A stretch of 60,144 nt of DNA, counting the filler, from Sphacelaria rigidula (Eukaryota), in the NCBI GenBank assembly GCA_964200075.2. It is 7 parts of 7 records of this genome, joined end to end, with 100 filler letters (N's around TTAATTAATTAA, not from the genome) between each part and the next. Parts side by side here need not be neighbours in the genome. Positions count along the whole stretch, not along the records: positions 1 to 8,507 come from CAXNAA020010938.1; positions 8,608 to 17,114 come from CAXNAA020010939.1; 5 more parts are not named here. One strand, 5' to 3'. The notes beneath the pieces were generated by a model. It did not search any database. It saw only the letters and a program-made list of their open reading frames with translations, and had not been told where the DNA came from. Below are positions 1-11,812 of this stretch, piece by piece. The position numbers and the translations under genes are program-made. The stretch's first letter is position 1. The number at the start of each line of letters is the position of its first letter.

Positions 1-71
1 TCGTCTGACACACTTATAAGCCTCTATTTTCGTGCAACCAAATACCCCCCCCCCCTATCGTAGGATGACTC
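1..71. mobile_element. Right end of a GAG...CTC-terminated MITE (same family as 44177-44428)
   Basis: Near-identical to ~44358-44428 (cgtctgacacacttataagcctc...ccaaatacccccccc...tatcgtaggatgactc) and ends in the same terminal inverted repeat. Confidence 0.85.
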
Positions 72-614
72 GTCTACAACCCAAGCTTTCTAAAAGCTTT
101 TGTGCTGCCTTGCGCTGCACAGTTTTCGTGCGCACCTGAGAAAATATATCTATATCTTTGGTCCTTTTCATTTGCACACCGGCAGTCGTTCCTCAACTTG
201 TGCTGGGATCATATAGTTATAGTCTACCCGTGACGCTACATCCGGAACACGTGTAAGTTGTTCTTCCACGTAACAGCGCCGCTACAGACACTCGGGTCTT
301 CGCTTGTCTTCGGTGACATACGCCTGTTCTGCGCACAATCCAGTGCTAGCTATTACCGCCACAACTTGAATGAAGTTGTATTCATCAGACCAGGACACAG
401 TTGTTACAAATCGCAATTCCCTTGAATACATTTCTCAAGTAAATCAGGTCCTGCGGTCCCCTCAGGCGCTATTAGGCTTCATTATCCAGTATTCTCCGGA
501 TCAAGCTTCGGCTTCTGCACGTAGCATTACCTGGTGTCACGCTCCTTTGGTTAGAGCCGCAGACCGGACATGCTGCAACTTCTTTTTTAAGCACAAAGTC
601 CGCGTACGCTCATC

Positions 615-3600
615 ATGGCGCACAAAAATAACGCTGGCTCTTCCCCTCAATCGAGAACCCGACGGCTTCGCCGGACCCGAAGTCAAACTACCGGCGGTTC
701 AAAACCTTTCAAGATGCCCGGCACGCCACCTTCAACACATCGCCGCACGTATGCAAGCGCTGTCCGTTCTTCGGGATCTGAAGACCAACATTCGAGCGAA
801 GCTCATTCTCCAACACTTGAAGATCAGACTTTGACGCCGAGATCTGTTCTCTCACGTTCCGACTTGGACTCAGAGAACATGGTAGTACACCCGGCCGACT
901 CATTGGTTCCTGACGCGCATGTCAGTGAGCCCATAACGGTGGATTCCGTCGCACATCCCTCGCTGGCCCCTGCTCCCCCGAATCCCAATGTGGAATCCGG
1001 AGTTAGGATCATGCCCTCAGTCGAGTCGTTGTCCCTGGACACACGTGTCCAGCTCGGCCCTGCCACGGTTGCTTCAACCATGGCACCCCGTCGCTTGACG
1101 GCTGACAACTCTCGAGACGATTCTGTCCCGACGAAGCGCATCGCTTCTGGAGTAAGAGACTTTGTCACACGGGCTGCTTCCGTTACGGACCTCCTTCGCA
1201 CGACTCGTGATAGTCCCATGCGCCCTACTGCGCAGATTAATGTCGGACCTGCAGTTGCAGCCATGCATGCTGCCATGCAAACTCTGCATCGCACCTCCTC
1301 GGCGTCATCGCCATCGCTAGCGCCAGCTCTCATCGAGGCATTTACGGCTTTTACCACGCCACGCTCCAAGTCCAGTCGGCGTCTGCTCATGTGCAATTCA
1401 ATGATGATTCTGCACCTGCCACGCTCATACCCGTACGTCTAGCGACCCGTTGGGCGACATCGCATCCTCCGTTCGTCACTCATGATAAATTCAACGAACA
1501 TGAGTCCAGCCCTTCCTCAACGTCGCAACAGAGCCATACTCGTGCTTCTGACCGGCGCCGCACACCGAGACTTGGTCATGACCATGTCTCTCGTTCTAGC
1601 AGTTCTAAGGGCCACTCCCAGCAAAGCTCGAATTCATCGCGTGCTTCCATACGCCCGAAGAATATCGTTCATGGACACAAATCTGGAGTTAGTTCACGCC
1701 ATACTTCCAATTCATCTCGCGCTCCAAAGCGCCCGGTGATAGCTAACCATGGCCGTACTCACGAGGATGCCTTGCGGCCCAGATCAAGTTCTTCGCGCGT
1801 TAACTCGCGTTCGAACAACTCCGATCATGCACCTTCGCGCATCTCTACTGCTCAGCCTTTGTCACACAACCGTTATGTACGCAATGATAACACGGTACAT
1901 GCTGACGATATCCAAAACATATTTTCGGACATGTCACCGACCCCGGAATCCTCATTTACAGGATCCGATCGCACCTCATCGCACAAACGACGACAACGCA
2001 CTGACCGCGAACCACCATCCCGTTCCGATGCTGCGCTTATTCGTTCTCTGCAACACCGTTTGACAGATCTTGAACGACAACTAGCAACAGCAACAATGGA
2101 CACCAAGGGCACTACCGCTGCTACTAAGCCTACAACGGAGACCACCAATGCCGCTCCCACTATCGCTGCAGCCGCCACTACCGTGGTCACTGCGCCTTCT
2201 GCAGCAGCCACTGCAGCCACGGCCCCGACTCCTGCTGCCGCCCAGCTTTCAGTAGACACTGATGCGGACAGCGGTCCCACCACTGCCCCTGTCGGGGACG
2301 TCTGCGTATGCTCGCCTCCTTCGGTGGAGGGTCTGCCTTCGCTCGGCGTCGAGCATTGCCCCGCCGGCCTGCTCTTGCGCCTGCTCCAGGACCGCCCTCG
2401 CGCGGAACAAGAACACATCATCCGTGACTTTGACCGCCAAGCCCCAGCGCTAACTGGCGGTCTACTCGCCCAGCAGCGCCGTGCTGACGAGGCTGCCGCC
2501 CGTCTCCTTTTGGAGAAACATGCAGCCAAGCTGACGGATCTTCAGCGACAGGCTTCCCTAGCCCACGCCACCAAGAAGGCAGCACACAGAGCTTTGCAGG
2601 AAGGGGGGACTGCAGCCTTGACGGCACAAAGGAGGGTCCGCGAGCTCCAAGAGCATGTTCGGCGCACTACGCAAGAAGCCGAATCGTCGAGGGCGCGGGT
2701 GACTCACCATCAAGCCTCCCCGCCGCCTTCTGCCGACCACTTGCTTGGAGCTCGACCTCCTCATCAGCCTACGCTCACCAGGTCGAACTACATGATACCA
2801 CGCAAGTTCGAAAAGCGTCCTCTGTAGCGACAGCCGCCGCCCCCACGCAGTCTCGTGCACCTGGCCCGGCGGTCACTGCCAGCCCCACCACACGTTTACA
2901 ACTTGCTCCACACGAACAAGTATGGCTTTCGCGGTCTGCGGCCGATTATACCGGCCCCTTTCACCGCAACAATCACCTGCACTGTTCCCGCCACGCTTGG
3001 AACACAGTCTCGCAACGCATGCTAGCCGTTATTGGCGGCTACGTGGAACAGGGCGGCTTCTTCCCTGATGACGGCGTGTCGGCGATCACCTTGGGCCACC
3101 TAATCCTCCAAGCGACGATCGGCAATAGCCCGACTCTCAACCGGTACGTCGAAACTGTCACCAAGCTTCTAGCGGGGCTACGCGCCGCTTCTAGCTCTGA
3201 TCCCGCCGCGCCTCTCCGCGACGATGACGAAGATGAGGATGGGTTGACCACCAAGACCTCAACTGCCGGGGTCACAAGAAGAATCATCGTCGCGATGACG
3301 ATGATAACAATGGAGGGAATACACGCCGCCGCCAGGGCTGAGGAGGATCTTCTTCGGGCGGTTCCGGATCGAACCGCCCGCCCCGCAAGTCGCAAGGCAA
3401 GCACACCGGAGGTAACTCCTCCGGTTCATCCGCATCGGCCTGGACCCGGTCCGGCGCAGCTCTTTCCGCCTCGGGCTCGGAGACCCCCAGGCAAGTGGTT
3501 CCTAACTCGGCCGATGTTTCGGCCCGCATTTTAGGTTTGTCTGATACGGATGCACCTGACCGTCTTTTGTCTTCTACTGCCGCCCGCGCTTTAGCAACCG

Positions 3601-5044
3601 CCGCGGCTGACAAAGAACGTTCAGAAGCTCACAAAAAAGCAGCTTCCGATCGAGCTGAGTCTACCCGAGTAGCTGCAATACAGCGACAGTGTATTCAGAT
3701 GGATGTGAAAAAACTCTGGCACATCAAAACCATGCCTGCCGCGGATAACGAAGATTCGGGCCAGTTTACTTCTGCCCTTATCACGTTAATCCGCCGCACT
3801 GTTTGTAACATCCTTCACTTGGCGGATGTGAATGGCACACAACGTTTCGAAGACTCAGACTGGGTAGAGGGCTGGCAGACTCCCTTGCACAAAGCAATGC
3901 ATCGATCGATCAGCCGCAGCTCTCCCGACCTCGCTGCTTCTTTGACGCAGGTGCTCGACGGGTTCCTCGCCGAGATGGATCCGGATCGTTCCCAAGGAAA
4001 GACAGGCCCGCAACTACTCTCTGATTTGAAGAGGCGTCTCATAGGTTACTTTGATAAAAGTGATCAAGCCAGCGTCATCCAGAAGCTGAGCTCTTTTGTC
4101 ATCGCATCTGATGTCCCCTTCGCGGATTATCTCCGCGAATTTAAGCTTTTGGTTTCGGGTACGACGGGTGTCGGACGCCAGAATAGACCAAGCGATGCAA
4201 TGTGTTAGACTTACGTTCGTAATAGCGTTGCTGACCAGTATCCGGCTTTGATGCCGTCGTTGTTTCCGGGTGTCTTGGCGCATCGCGAGGTGCCTTACGC
4301 CTCCGTTGATACTGTGTGGTCTGCTTTTGTACACCAGGAGAGTAATCTAACACCTGCCATACGTGGCAAACCTTCAACGTCTGCGCGTTCACAACCTACG
4401 GTTGTGTCCTCCGCTCATGCCCAAGGGGCTTGCGGCAGGAATTCGAGCTCGTCTCGCGCTTCATGGACCCCCGACTCAGTCGCTGGTTCAGTTATGCATG
4501 CTCAGAGTACCAGAGATGCATTTAGCGCGAGGTTTGACGGTTGGTCGTTTTCCGAGGAAACTTGGGATGATGTTTATCTGACTTCAACCACGGCATTCAT
4601 AACCGATGACCCCATTTGTGGAACCCACTTCTTTCGTCTTCCGCTAGACGCAATGACTTCAGCAGTCATGCCAACAGTTGTATTAACTGCAGTGTTCAAG
4701 GCCACAGCATGCGCGACTGTGACAGTCCATCCATCAATGCCTTTGATCTCATGAACCCTGAATTGCAGGACAATGAACCCGCGTGGCGCCGATGGCAAAA
4801 ACGCATGCGCGATTATCGTCCAACAACTCGAAATTACCGCCGCAATTCGAACCAACGTGTCAACAAAAGCTCTAATCGCGGTCGCCGACACAACAACAGT
4901 CACGGCAACCCTCACCAGAACGATCAAAATTCTCGCGACAACAAACGTTCCGCCGATAGACACCAGCGGACGGGACCGACACAAAGTTCTAATCCCAACA
5001 CCAGAAACCCTGGTACCTTCACTTCGGATCGCTTAGATCCATGA
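615..5044 (+). pseudogene. gag: Fragmented long gag-like ORF with C-terminal CCHC zinc knuckle
   Basis: Chain of overlapping + strand ORFs (615-1442, 1391-2827, 3019-3534, 3495-4208, 4248-4754, 4616-5044). The last contains CINCSVQGHSMRDC (CX2CX4HX4C) followed by an R/N-rich basic tail. Confidence 0.7.
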
Positions 5045-5339
5045 CGTGCCGGCGCCGGCGTTCTTCGGTCTTCCACGCCGTCGATAGCACGAGCGACGAC
5101 TTTTTCAACACAGCCCGAGGAGTTCGTGTCAAAAATTGCTGACTCGACTGCCCCGGCCCTATCCAGGAGGGTAACTGACGGCCGTTCATATCGACCCCCG
5201 TCTCGAACCTCCACACAATTGTCAACACAGCCCACAGAGCCCGCGACCAAGATTGTCCGCCCGGCTCTCCCGGCACTATGCAGGAGTGCATCTGACGGCC
5301 GTTCAAACCGACCCCAGTCCTCATCCCTCCACACACCGC

Positions 5340-6253
5340 ACGATTTGAAACTGTCTCCATCCAAAGCTCGCCTTGGTGCGACTGACTTGGATTTCTTGGG
5401 GCATTCCATTTCGCCAGCAGGCCTGCATCCGGATACAAAGAAAGTCAAGGCGATGACTGATTTGCCGATGCCAACTAACGTTTCTCAACTTCGGTCACTG
5501 TTGGGTAGCCTATCCTACTACCGCAAAAATTTGCCGAATTTATCGAAACGGATACGCCCCCTTGCTGAGCTACTCAAGAAAAGAGCCGTGTTTTCTTTCA
5601 CCATAGAAACGGAGACTATCACCCGCGAATTACTCAAGACGCTTACCGAAAAGCCCGTACTTTGCTTTCCTGATTGGGAGGCAGTACAAGATGGCTCCCG
5701 CCTTTTCCAACTCCATACTGGCGCCAGCACAAATGGATTTGGAGGAGTTTTGAATCAACCTCAGCTTGATGGCTCTGTCCGACCCATCCTTTATATCAGC
5801 CGCGCTACCCTGCCCAACGAGGCCAATTGGAGCCCGCTGCAACTGGAAGGCGGAGTAATCACTTGGGCCATTAAGCGTCTTCGACAATATTTGTTTCGCG
5901 TGCCCTTCGAGATCTATACGGATCACGGAGCACTTGCACAACTCGCTAAGGTTGGTGAACACAACCCTTGTGTACAACGATGGTTGGAGTTTCGAACAGC
6001 ATACAAGTATACCATTAAGCACCGTCCAGGCAAAACCAACGGGAACGCGGATCGTCTTTTCCGTCTACGTCTGCCGCCTACGGCCGCAGATTCCAGTCCG
6101 GCTTGCCGTTTAATGGATTCCGATGAACCTGGAATTTACGCGATCAGGCGTTTTTCAACGCCCGTTTACGCCCTCGACCTCCAGTGCCCGGAAACAGGTA
6201 TGCATATGGGAGGACCTTGCCCTCTACCATATGACGCCGTCTTGGGTGGGTGA
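5340..6253 (+). pseudogene. pol: Gypsy pol: RT C-terminal/connection region and RNase H
   Basis: HDLKLSPSKARLGATDLDFLGHSIS...QLRSLLGSLSYYRK, then RNase H motifs LHTGAS (normally TDAS), LEGG...WAIKRLRQYL, IYTDH and GNADRL. Confidence 0.92.
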
Positions 6254-6421
6254 AAACCCACTACCCCAGATTTTGTCGACTTTCGCACTTTCGGTACTCG
6301 CGCGCAACTCTTCGCGGAGACACCGCCAGTCACCCACCTTATCTCCGACAACACGCGCTCCCGGTCCGCCGCCCGCACCACACCGAGTGCCCCGCCGCCA
6401 CCAACAACACCTTCAACCTCT

Positions 6422-8507
6422 ATGAGCCACCCAGCACAAGTTCAACGGACCAACAAGCAAAGTTCCGCAAACACTTCAGCACCGTGCGCCACGCGCCGCG
6501 AAAATTCTTCGCCGCGCACTGATACAACCTCGCCGCCTATACTGGCGCCGCAAACATCTTCTGCCCCCGAGCACGGAACTGACGCCTCGTCTCCTGCTCC
6601 CGAGACAGATATTGACGTCGGCATTTCTGCCCCGCCGCCTGCCCTACCATGTTTGGTCGGCTCGCCAGCGGAAGGCCAACTACGCGAGTTTCTCGCCAGC
6701 TACTCCCACCGTGATTGGGCTCGTGAACAAAACGCAGAACCGCTATGTCGCGCAGCCATTCGATACTTACAGCTTGACTGTCCAGTTCCTTTTCCGTCCC
6801 CACTTTTCGCCCCGGTTGGAACACTGCCACCGCTAGTTATTTCTGATGTATACGGGCTCGTGCGTGAAGGCACCCTTTTTACTACGGATGAAGGCGTGCA
6901 ACTACTCGTACGTCGGCCCACGCCCTCGACAGGCGCAATTGCCGCCTCAACTACGGGACGCACCGCTCGACTACTCAACGACGAACCAACGCGCATATAT
7001 GTGCCATCATTAATGCGCCCCTGGGTCATGAAAGGCTGCCATACAGCCTTGTCATGCCACCTTGGTGTCACCCGCACCCTCTCGCTCTTGGAACGCTTTT
7101 ACTGGTGGGTTGGCATGGAAATTGCCACCCGATTTTGGATTCGGCGATGCTTTAAATGCCAAGCCCGAAAAACTTCACGACAGACAGTACGCTGGCCAGT
7201 GATCTCTGTGGGACTCCCCGACGAGCCCGGCCACCTTGTGTCCTTTGACTACTTTGGCCCTCTCCCGACCACAGGTCGCGGCAACACCTATATCTTACTC
7301 TTCACTGACCGCTTTAGCCGCCATGCGTCCATTTACGCGGTAACCGCCGCAGATTTCACTGCCGCCGGAACGGCCGACGTACTGGTCCATGATAACATTA
7401 AGCACTACGGCTGCCCGAAGCGACTACTTTCAGACAATGGTCAGCAATTTTGTTCAGACCTCTCGGATGAGCTTTACAAGCTCCTGGGCATCCGCAAAAT
7501 TGCCACGAGCGCCTACCAACCAAACGGTAACGGTGGTACCGAAAGAGTTAATCACACCATGGCCCAGATGCTCTCTATGGTTGTCAATGACCGCCAAAAT
7601 GACTTGGACCTACATCTCTCGCACATCATCTTGTCCTACAACAACTCGGTTAATGCCGCCACCGGCCTTTCTCCGAACGAACTCCATCTTGGACGCTACC
7701 CTCGGCTGCCTATCACTGTGTTTGAGCGACACACGTTCGACGGTCACCAAGGATTGGATCAGGATCAGATCTCCTACAACGAGCTCGCACATGCACGACA
7801 ACGCAAAGCGTTCACCCTCGTGCGCGAACAACACGCTATCAATGCCTCGCGCCTGGAGAGATCTAACACTGCTCTCTACAACCTCATGCATAAACGCCCT
7901 AACTGGAAAGTTGGTGATTGGGTTTGGATCTACAACAGTTTGTCGACCGTCCGCCAAGGCACCAGCAAGGCAGCCAACGAAACAATTTTGAAGACAAAGT
8001 TGTCCCTCAATTGAACAGGAACATTCAAGATCCTGACAGTCGGACCATCGTCATTATCACTGGATGGAAAACCCGTTAGTGACAAACTGCTCTATCTCGA
8101 TTTGCCTCACGACTTCCAGGGCAAAGACACCAAGCCCCGCGTCTCCGTGCACAGATGCAAAGCCTGCACGAACCCGCATGATACAAGCGACATGCCCAAG
8201 TACCTGCCGGCCGGACTCACACAGTATGTTCTCAACAGCTACTCGACCAAGTCCCCGCCCTACCACGTTACAGCCGATGACGTGACGGAACAGCCCCTCC
8301 GGTTGGCTGTGTCCTCCATTTCCGGCCACCAGATAACCCGTGGTCGAGGGGGCAAGATCGCTGTCATGTATAAGACACACTGGCACGGTCTTCGGAGAGC
8401 GTCTTGGGAACGCGAATCCGACCTACAATTGCACCGCCGTGCAATCCTCCTTTACTGGACGCAATCCCAACATCAGCATCTTGCCTCCTCGACCACGGGT
8501 TATCTAG
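6422..8507 (+). pseudogene. Gypsy integrase with GPY/F-like region and chromodomain-like C-terminus
   Basis: HHCC zinc motif (CH...CHLG...CFKCQ) and DDE core (SFDYFGP, LSDNGQQF, GGTERVNHT). A single TGA at 8012-8014 sits in LN*TGTFKI. The same frame continues to VSSISGHQITRGRGGKIAVMYKTHWHGLRRASWERESDL. Confidence 0.9.
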
Positions 8508-8607
8508 NNNNNNNNNNNNNNNNNNNNNNNNNNNNNNNNNNNNNNNNNNNNTTAATTAATTAANNNNNNNNNNNNNNNNNNNNNNNNNNNNNNNNNNNNN
8601 NNNNNNN
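8508..8607. other. Artificial contig spacer (44 N + TTAATTAATTAA + 44 N)
   Basis: Exact 100-nt structure with stops in all frames, repeated six times in the window. Confidence 0.99.
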
Positions 8608-10115
8608 AGGTTTGCTAGTACTGCAGCGTCTAGATGCTGTTGAGGGACTCCCCAGCTCCACTGGCCTCAAGGTCTCAGTTGTCAGCCTTTACAACACCTT
8701 ATCATTATTCGGAGTGAACACCTGTAGCCTACCATCAGGACTGGGCTACACAGCAAGGGTCATAATCCACAGGATGCCCTTGTCCCCTGGTCATCATCCA
8801 GGATCCACTATATACTCAACCGTGACGGCGTGACTTCGCCACAGTGCATTGGCAGGCCTGAGATCGGCGACGGCGGCGCGGATTTGAACAGAAACGCGGT
8901 CTGCGCATGCTGCTACCACTTGGGACTGTCAGCTCCATTAAAGATCCGAATATCGATGTTCACACTTCAAGAAAGTAATATCAACCGTGGATAATTTGGA
9001 GGCGAACTGGAGTAAACTGTACTTGTCCCTTCACGCCGCACCACGCAAAAAGAAACGTACGGTTGGCGAGTCCACATCGCGGGGCCTGTCGGAGGGAGTC
9101 AGTGTTTTTATCACGGAGAAAAATGTAGTTTTGCTATACCACATCACCGCGCCAAGAGTAGCTGGTGTAGCGTCTAGACACTCACAACTCGAACACGTAC
9201 TAGCTCCCCGACAACTCAGTTTGTTCTGTGCGTGCACTCATGGTCATGCGGGAGTTGACGACAGACCCAGAAATGCTCGGGGACTCGGCTTTCGAACGGG
9301 CGAGAGTATAGTCGTCGTTTGGGTGATGGGTCCGCCACATGAATTACGCTCTTGTTTAGTTCCCGCCGTGGTTTTGGTTGAAACCGCTTTCAGCACATTT
9401 CGATCGAATCACTGGAGCCGCCATGCTCTCCTTCATGAATATTCTCACTAACATTCCTTTGGTCCTAATATCTTCCTTTGGCGAACTGCCGTAGAATCCC
9501 CCTCACTTGTGCTCTGCCCGTCCGACAATTCGCACTGCAGCGTCATCACGACGCCGAAGGCTGTTCTACATGGTGTTGACATCAAGCTTACCGAGAACGC
9601 AATGTCGGACACCGAAGCTGAGGTTTGGAAAGCACTTGTGGCGGGACTGCGAGACGGCGACAAGAAGACGACGACGAGGGTTCTCTGGAGAATCACGTGC
9701 TTCTACTCACCAGATACCTCGACACCAACTACCGCGTCCTAAAAAACGGGTGCGGCTTCATCACTACCCAGCCCTCGCACGTCAGTAGACTATCCAGCAG
9801 AGGAGGACCGCGATATGAAAGCTTTCGAGGGCAAAATTGGACGAGTCCCTTTCGATTTTTGAACGTATGTATTTCGTAGGGTAGGGGGATGGTTCCCTCG
9901 TCAGCTTGGTTTGGGGGGGAGGGAGCGTGTTCCCAAAGAGCATCATGGAGGCGAGGAAGTGGCAGAGCACCACCGATGATATAGACCAAGGGCGCACGGC
10001 TCGGGGCGGATATGGGCAGCCCATTGTGTAGTAAGTGATGACGTTGCAGTAGTGTGTGACCAGGTTGTGTCGATGGGTTTCGATGGTCAGCGCTTTGTTT
10101 TTATTTTGGCCGCAG

Positions 10116-11775
10116 GTTATTGTTGTTGTTGTTGTTGTTGTTTCTCGCGTTAGCCCTTTTCCAGAAATCTCGCGCCCGTGGCCACAAAACCATGGTACAG
10201 AAACACATATTACAAGGGGAAAAAAGTGGCGCCCCGAAGAGCGGGTTTCTACACACGTCTTCGAAAAAATTAAATGCACAAAAATTTGCGTACGGCTCGT
10301 AAGAACAAGCTAAAAATAAAAAAAAGACCGTCTGCTACATGGTATGATGGTTCGTGGACCATTGGAGACGAAAAAGGCCGAAGTAGGGAAACTACATAGT
10401 TCGGCACACCGAGCAAGTCACGACAGGGCAAGGCAACGCAAGTCGACGCAAGGCAAGACTAGGCACGGCAGGACGACGTGACAAGAGTCAAAGGATGATA
10501 GGAGCAAAAACCCGAACCTACAAAAAGGAAAACGTATCAAACTGAACGAGCCAGAACAGGACAGGACAGAACAAATCAGAACCAATCGAAGTAAAACAGA
10601 TCCAAACCAAGAACAAAACAAAAGACAAGTGATTGTGAAAGGGAAAAAGAAGAAAACAGGAAAGGAGAGCGGTGTATTCTGTCGGTCACGAATCTCGCCA
10701 CGCGCTCTGCCTGATCGATCTTCATTTCTTCTCTAGTAGGTGCAGGGGGGTTCCCCTCCGCTTTCCGACGTCTTTTCTCTTTCTCCTCCCGTCCCCTTCG
10801 CCGGTTCGTTTTGTTCTCAGCCCGTCTGCAGTCTCGCTCTCCCTCGTTTGTCCGTTTGTTCCATCTTCCGCTCTCTCCAACCCGAGCTTCGCCGATGCTT
10901 CCTGTTCTTGTCGGCGCCAATTCCGCCATGAAGCATTTCACCTCTTTTCTCATCTTGCCTTACCCATCTTGTGGTTCCTTGTCGCTCGTTTCACCCCCCC
11001 TCCTTCTTCTGCTCTCTCACATCGCAAAACTTGAAGTCCTGTTCTAGGCATTGCACCCAAACGAGCTCTTGTCCCCCTCTGTCCTCCTCTCCCCTCTCCA
11101 ACGTTCCCAGCATGACGCGCTTCGGGAGTTGTTTGTCTCCCATACGCACGACAAATCTCGCAAAGGATGGTCTCTGCTTGCAGACAGTGGCCTCGAGGGT
11201 CCCGGTGCAGTCGGTCTTGAGGAGGGCCCCGGCGTAGGACAGAGGGAGGTTCGTGCCAGTCCTCTTGTTCCATCCGGTACAGCACGTGAGGAAATAGCGA
11301 TGGATACTGTTGAGCTTGTTGGTTGCTTCTTCAACAGGGTCCACGTCGTGCACTCGTACAGAAGGGTCTCAAGCACTCCGACTCGGAGCAGTCGTACTTT
11401 GCGCCAGGGGGGAGCTCCCGACGGTCGTACATCGATTGGTCATTCCGCCTGTAGCAGCCCCATGCTCGGTACCGGCGATTCCCCGACTCCTTTTCCATCT
11501 CCCCGTCCTCGAAAAATTCCCCCGAGGTATAAATACCTGTCGGTTTGCTCGTATACCGGGCCGCTGGCGTTGACCCTGAATGAGCACTCCTACACTCCTC
11601 TCGACAAAAAGCACACACGACCTTCGTATTCGGCTTCGATACCGTCAGTCCGAACAATCCCCCAACAGCGCACGATGGTCGACATATCTTTTCGAGACTC
11701 TCCAGCGATCGCAAGACGATGCCCGCATGTCGGCCTGTAGCATGCTCCACAGCGGCTCCGCGGCCTCCGCTATCG

Positions 11776-11812
<37 letters not shown>

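Larger units (their letters stand above)
615..8507 (+). mobile_element. Decayed Ty3/Gypsy LTR retrotransposon, internally deleted and truncated by the contig end
   Basis: Domain order gag/zinc knuckle, RT C-terminus, RNase H, integrase, chromodomain-like tail is the Gypsy order. Many stops and frameshifts. LTRs were not delimited. Confidence 0.92.

Noticed and set aside
72-614. 5' LTR and primer-binding site of the Gypsy element
   Set aside because: The position fits, but there is no second LTR to compare and I found no convincing PBS.
8552-8563. Regularly spaced TTAATTAATTAA as a biological repeat or piggyBac site
   Set aside because: Always centred in 88 Ns at ~8.6 kb spacing, so it is an assembly linker.
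8608-9900. ORFs at 8987-9451 and 9509-9879 as genes
   Set aside because: No recognisable domain or consistent splice structure. Possibly decayed transposon sequence.
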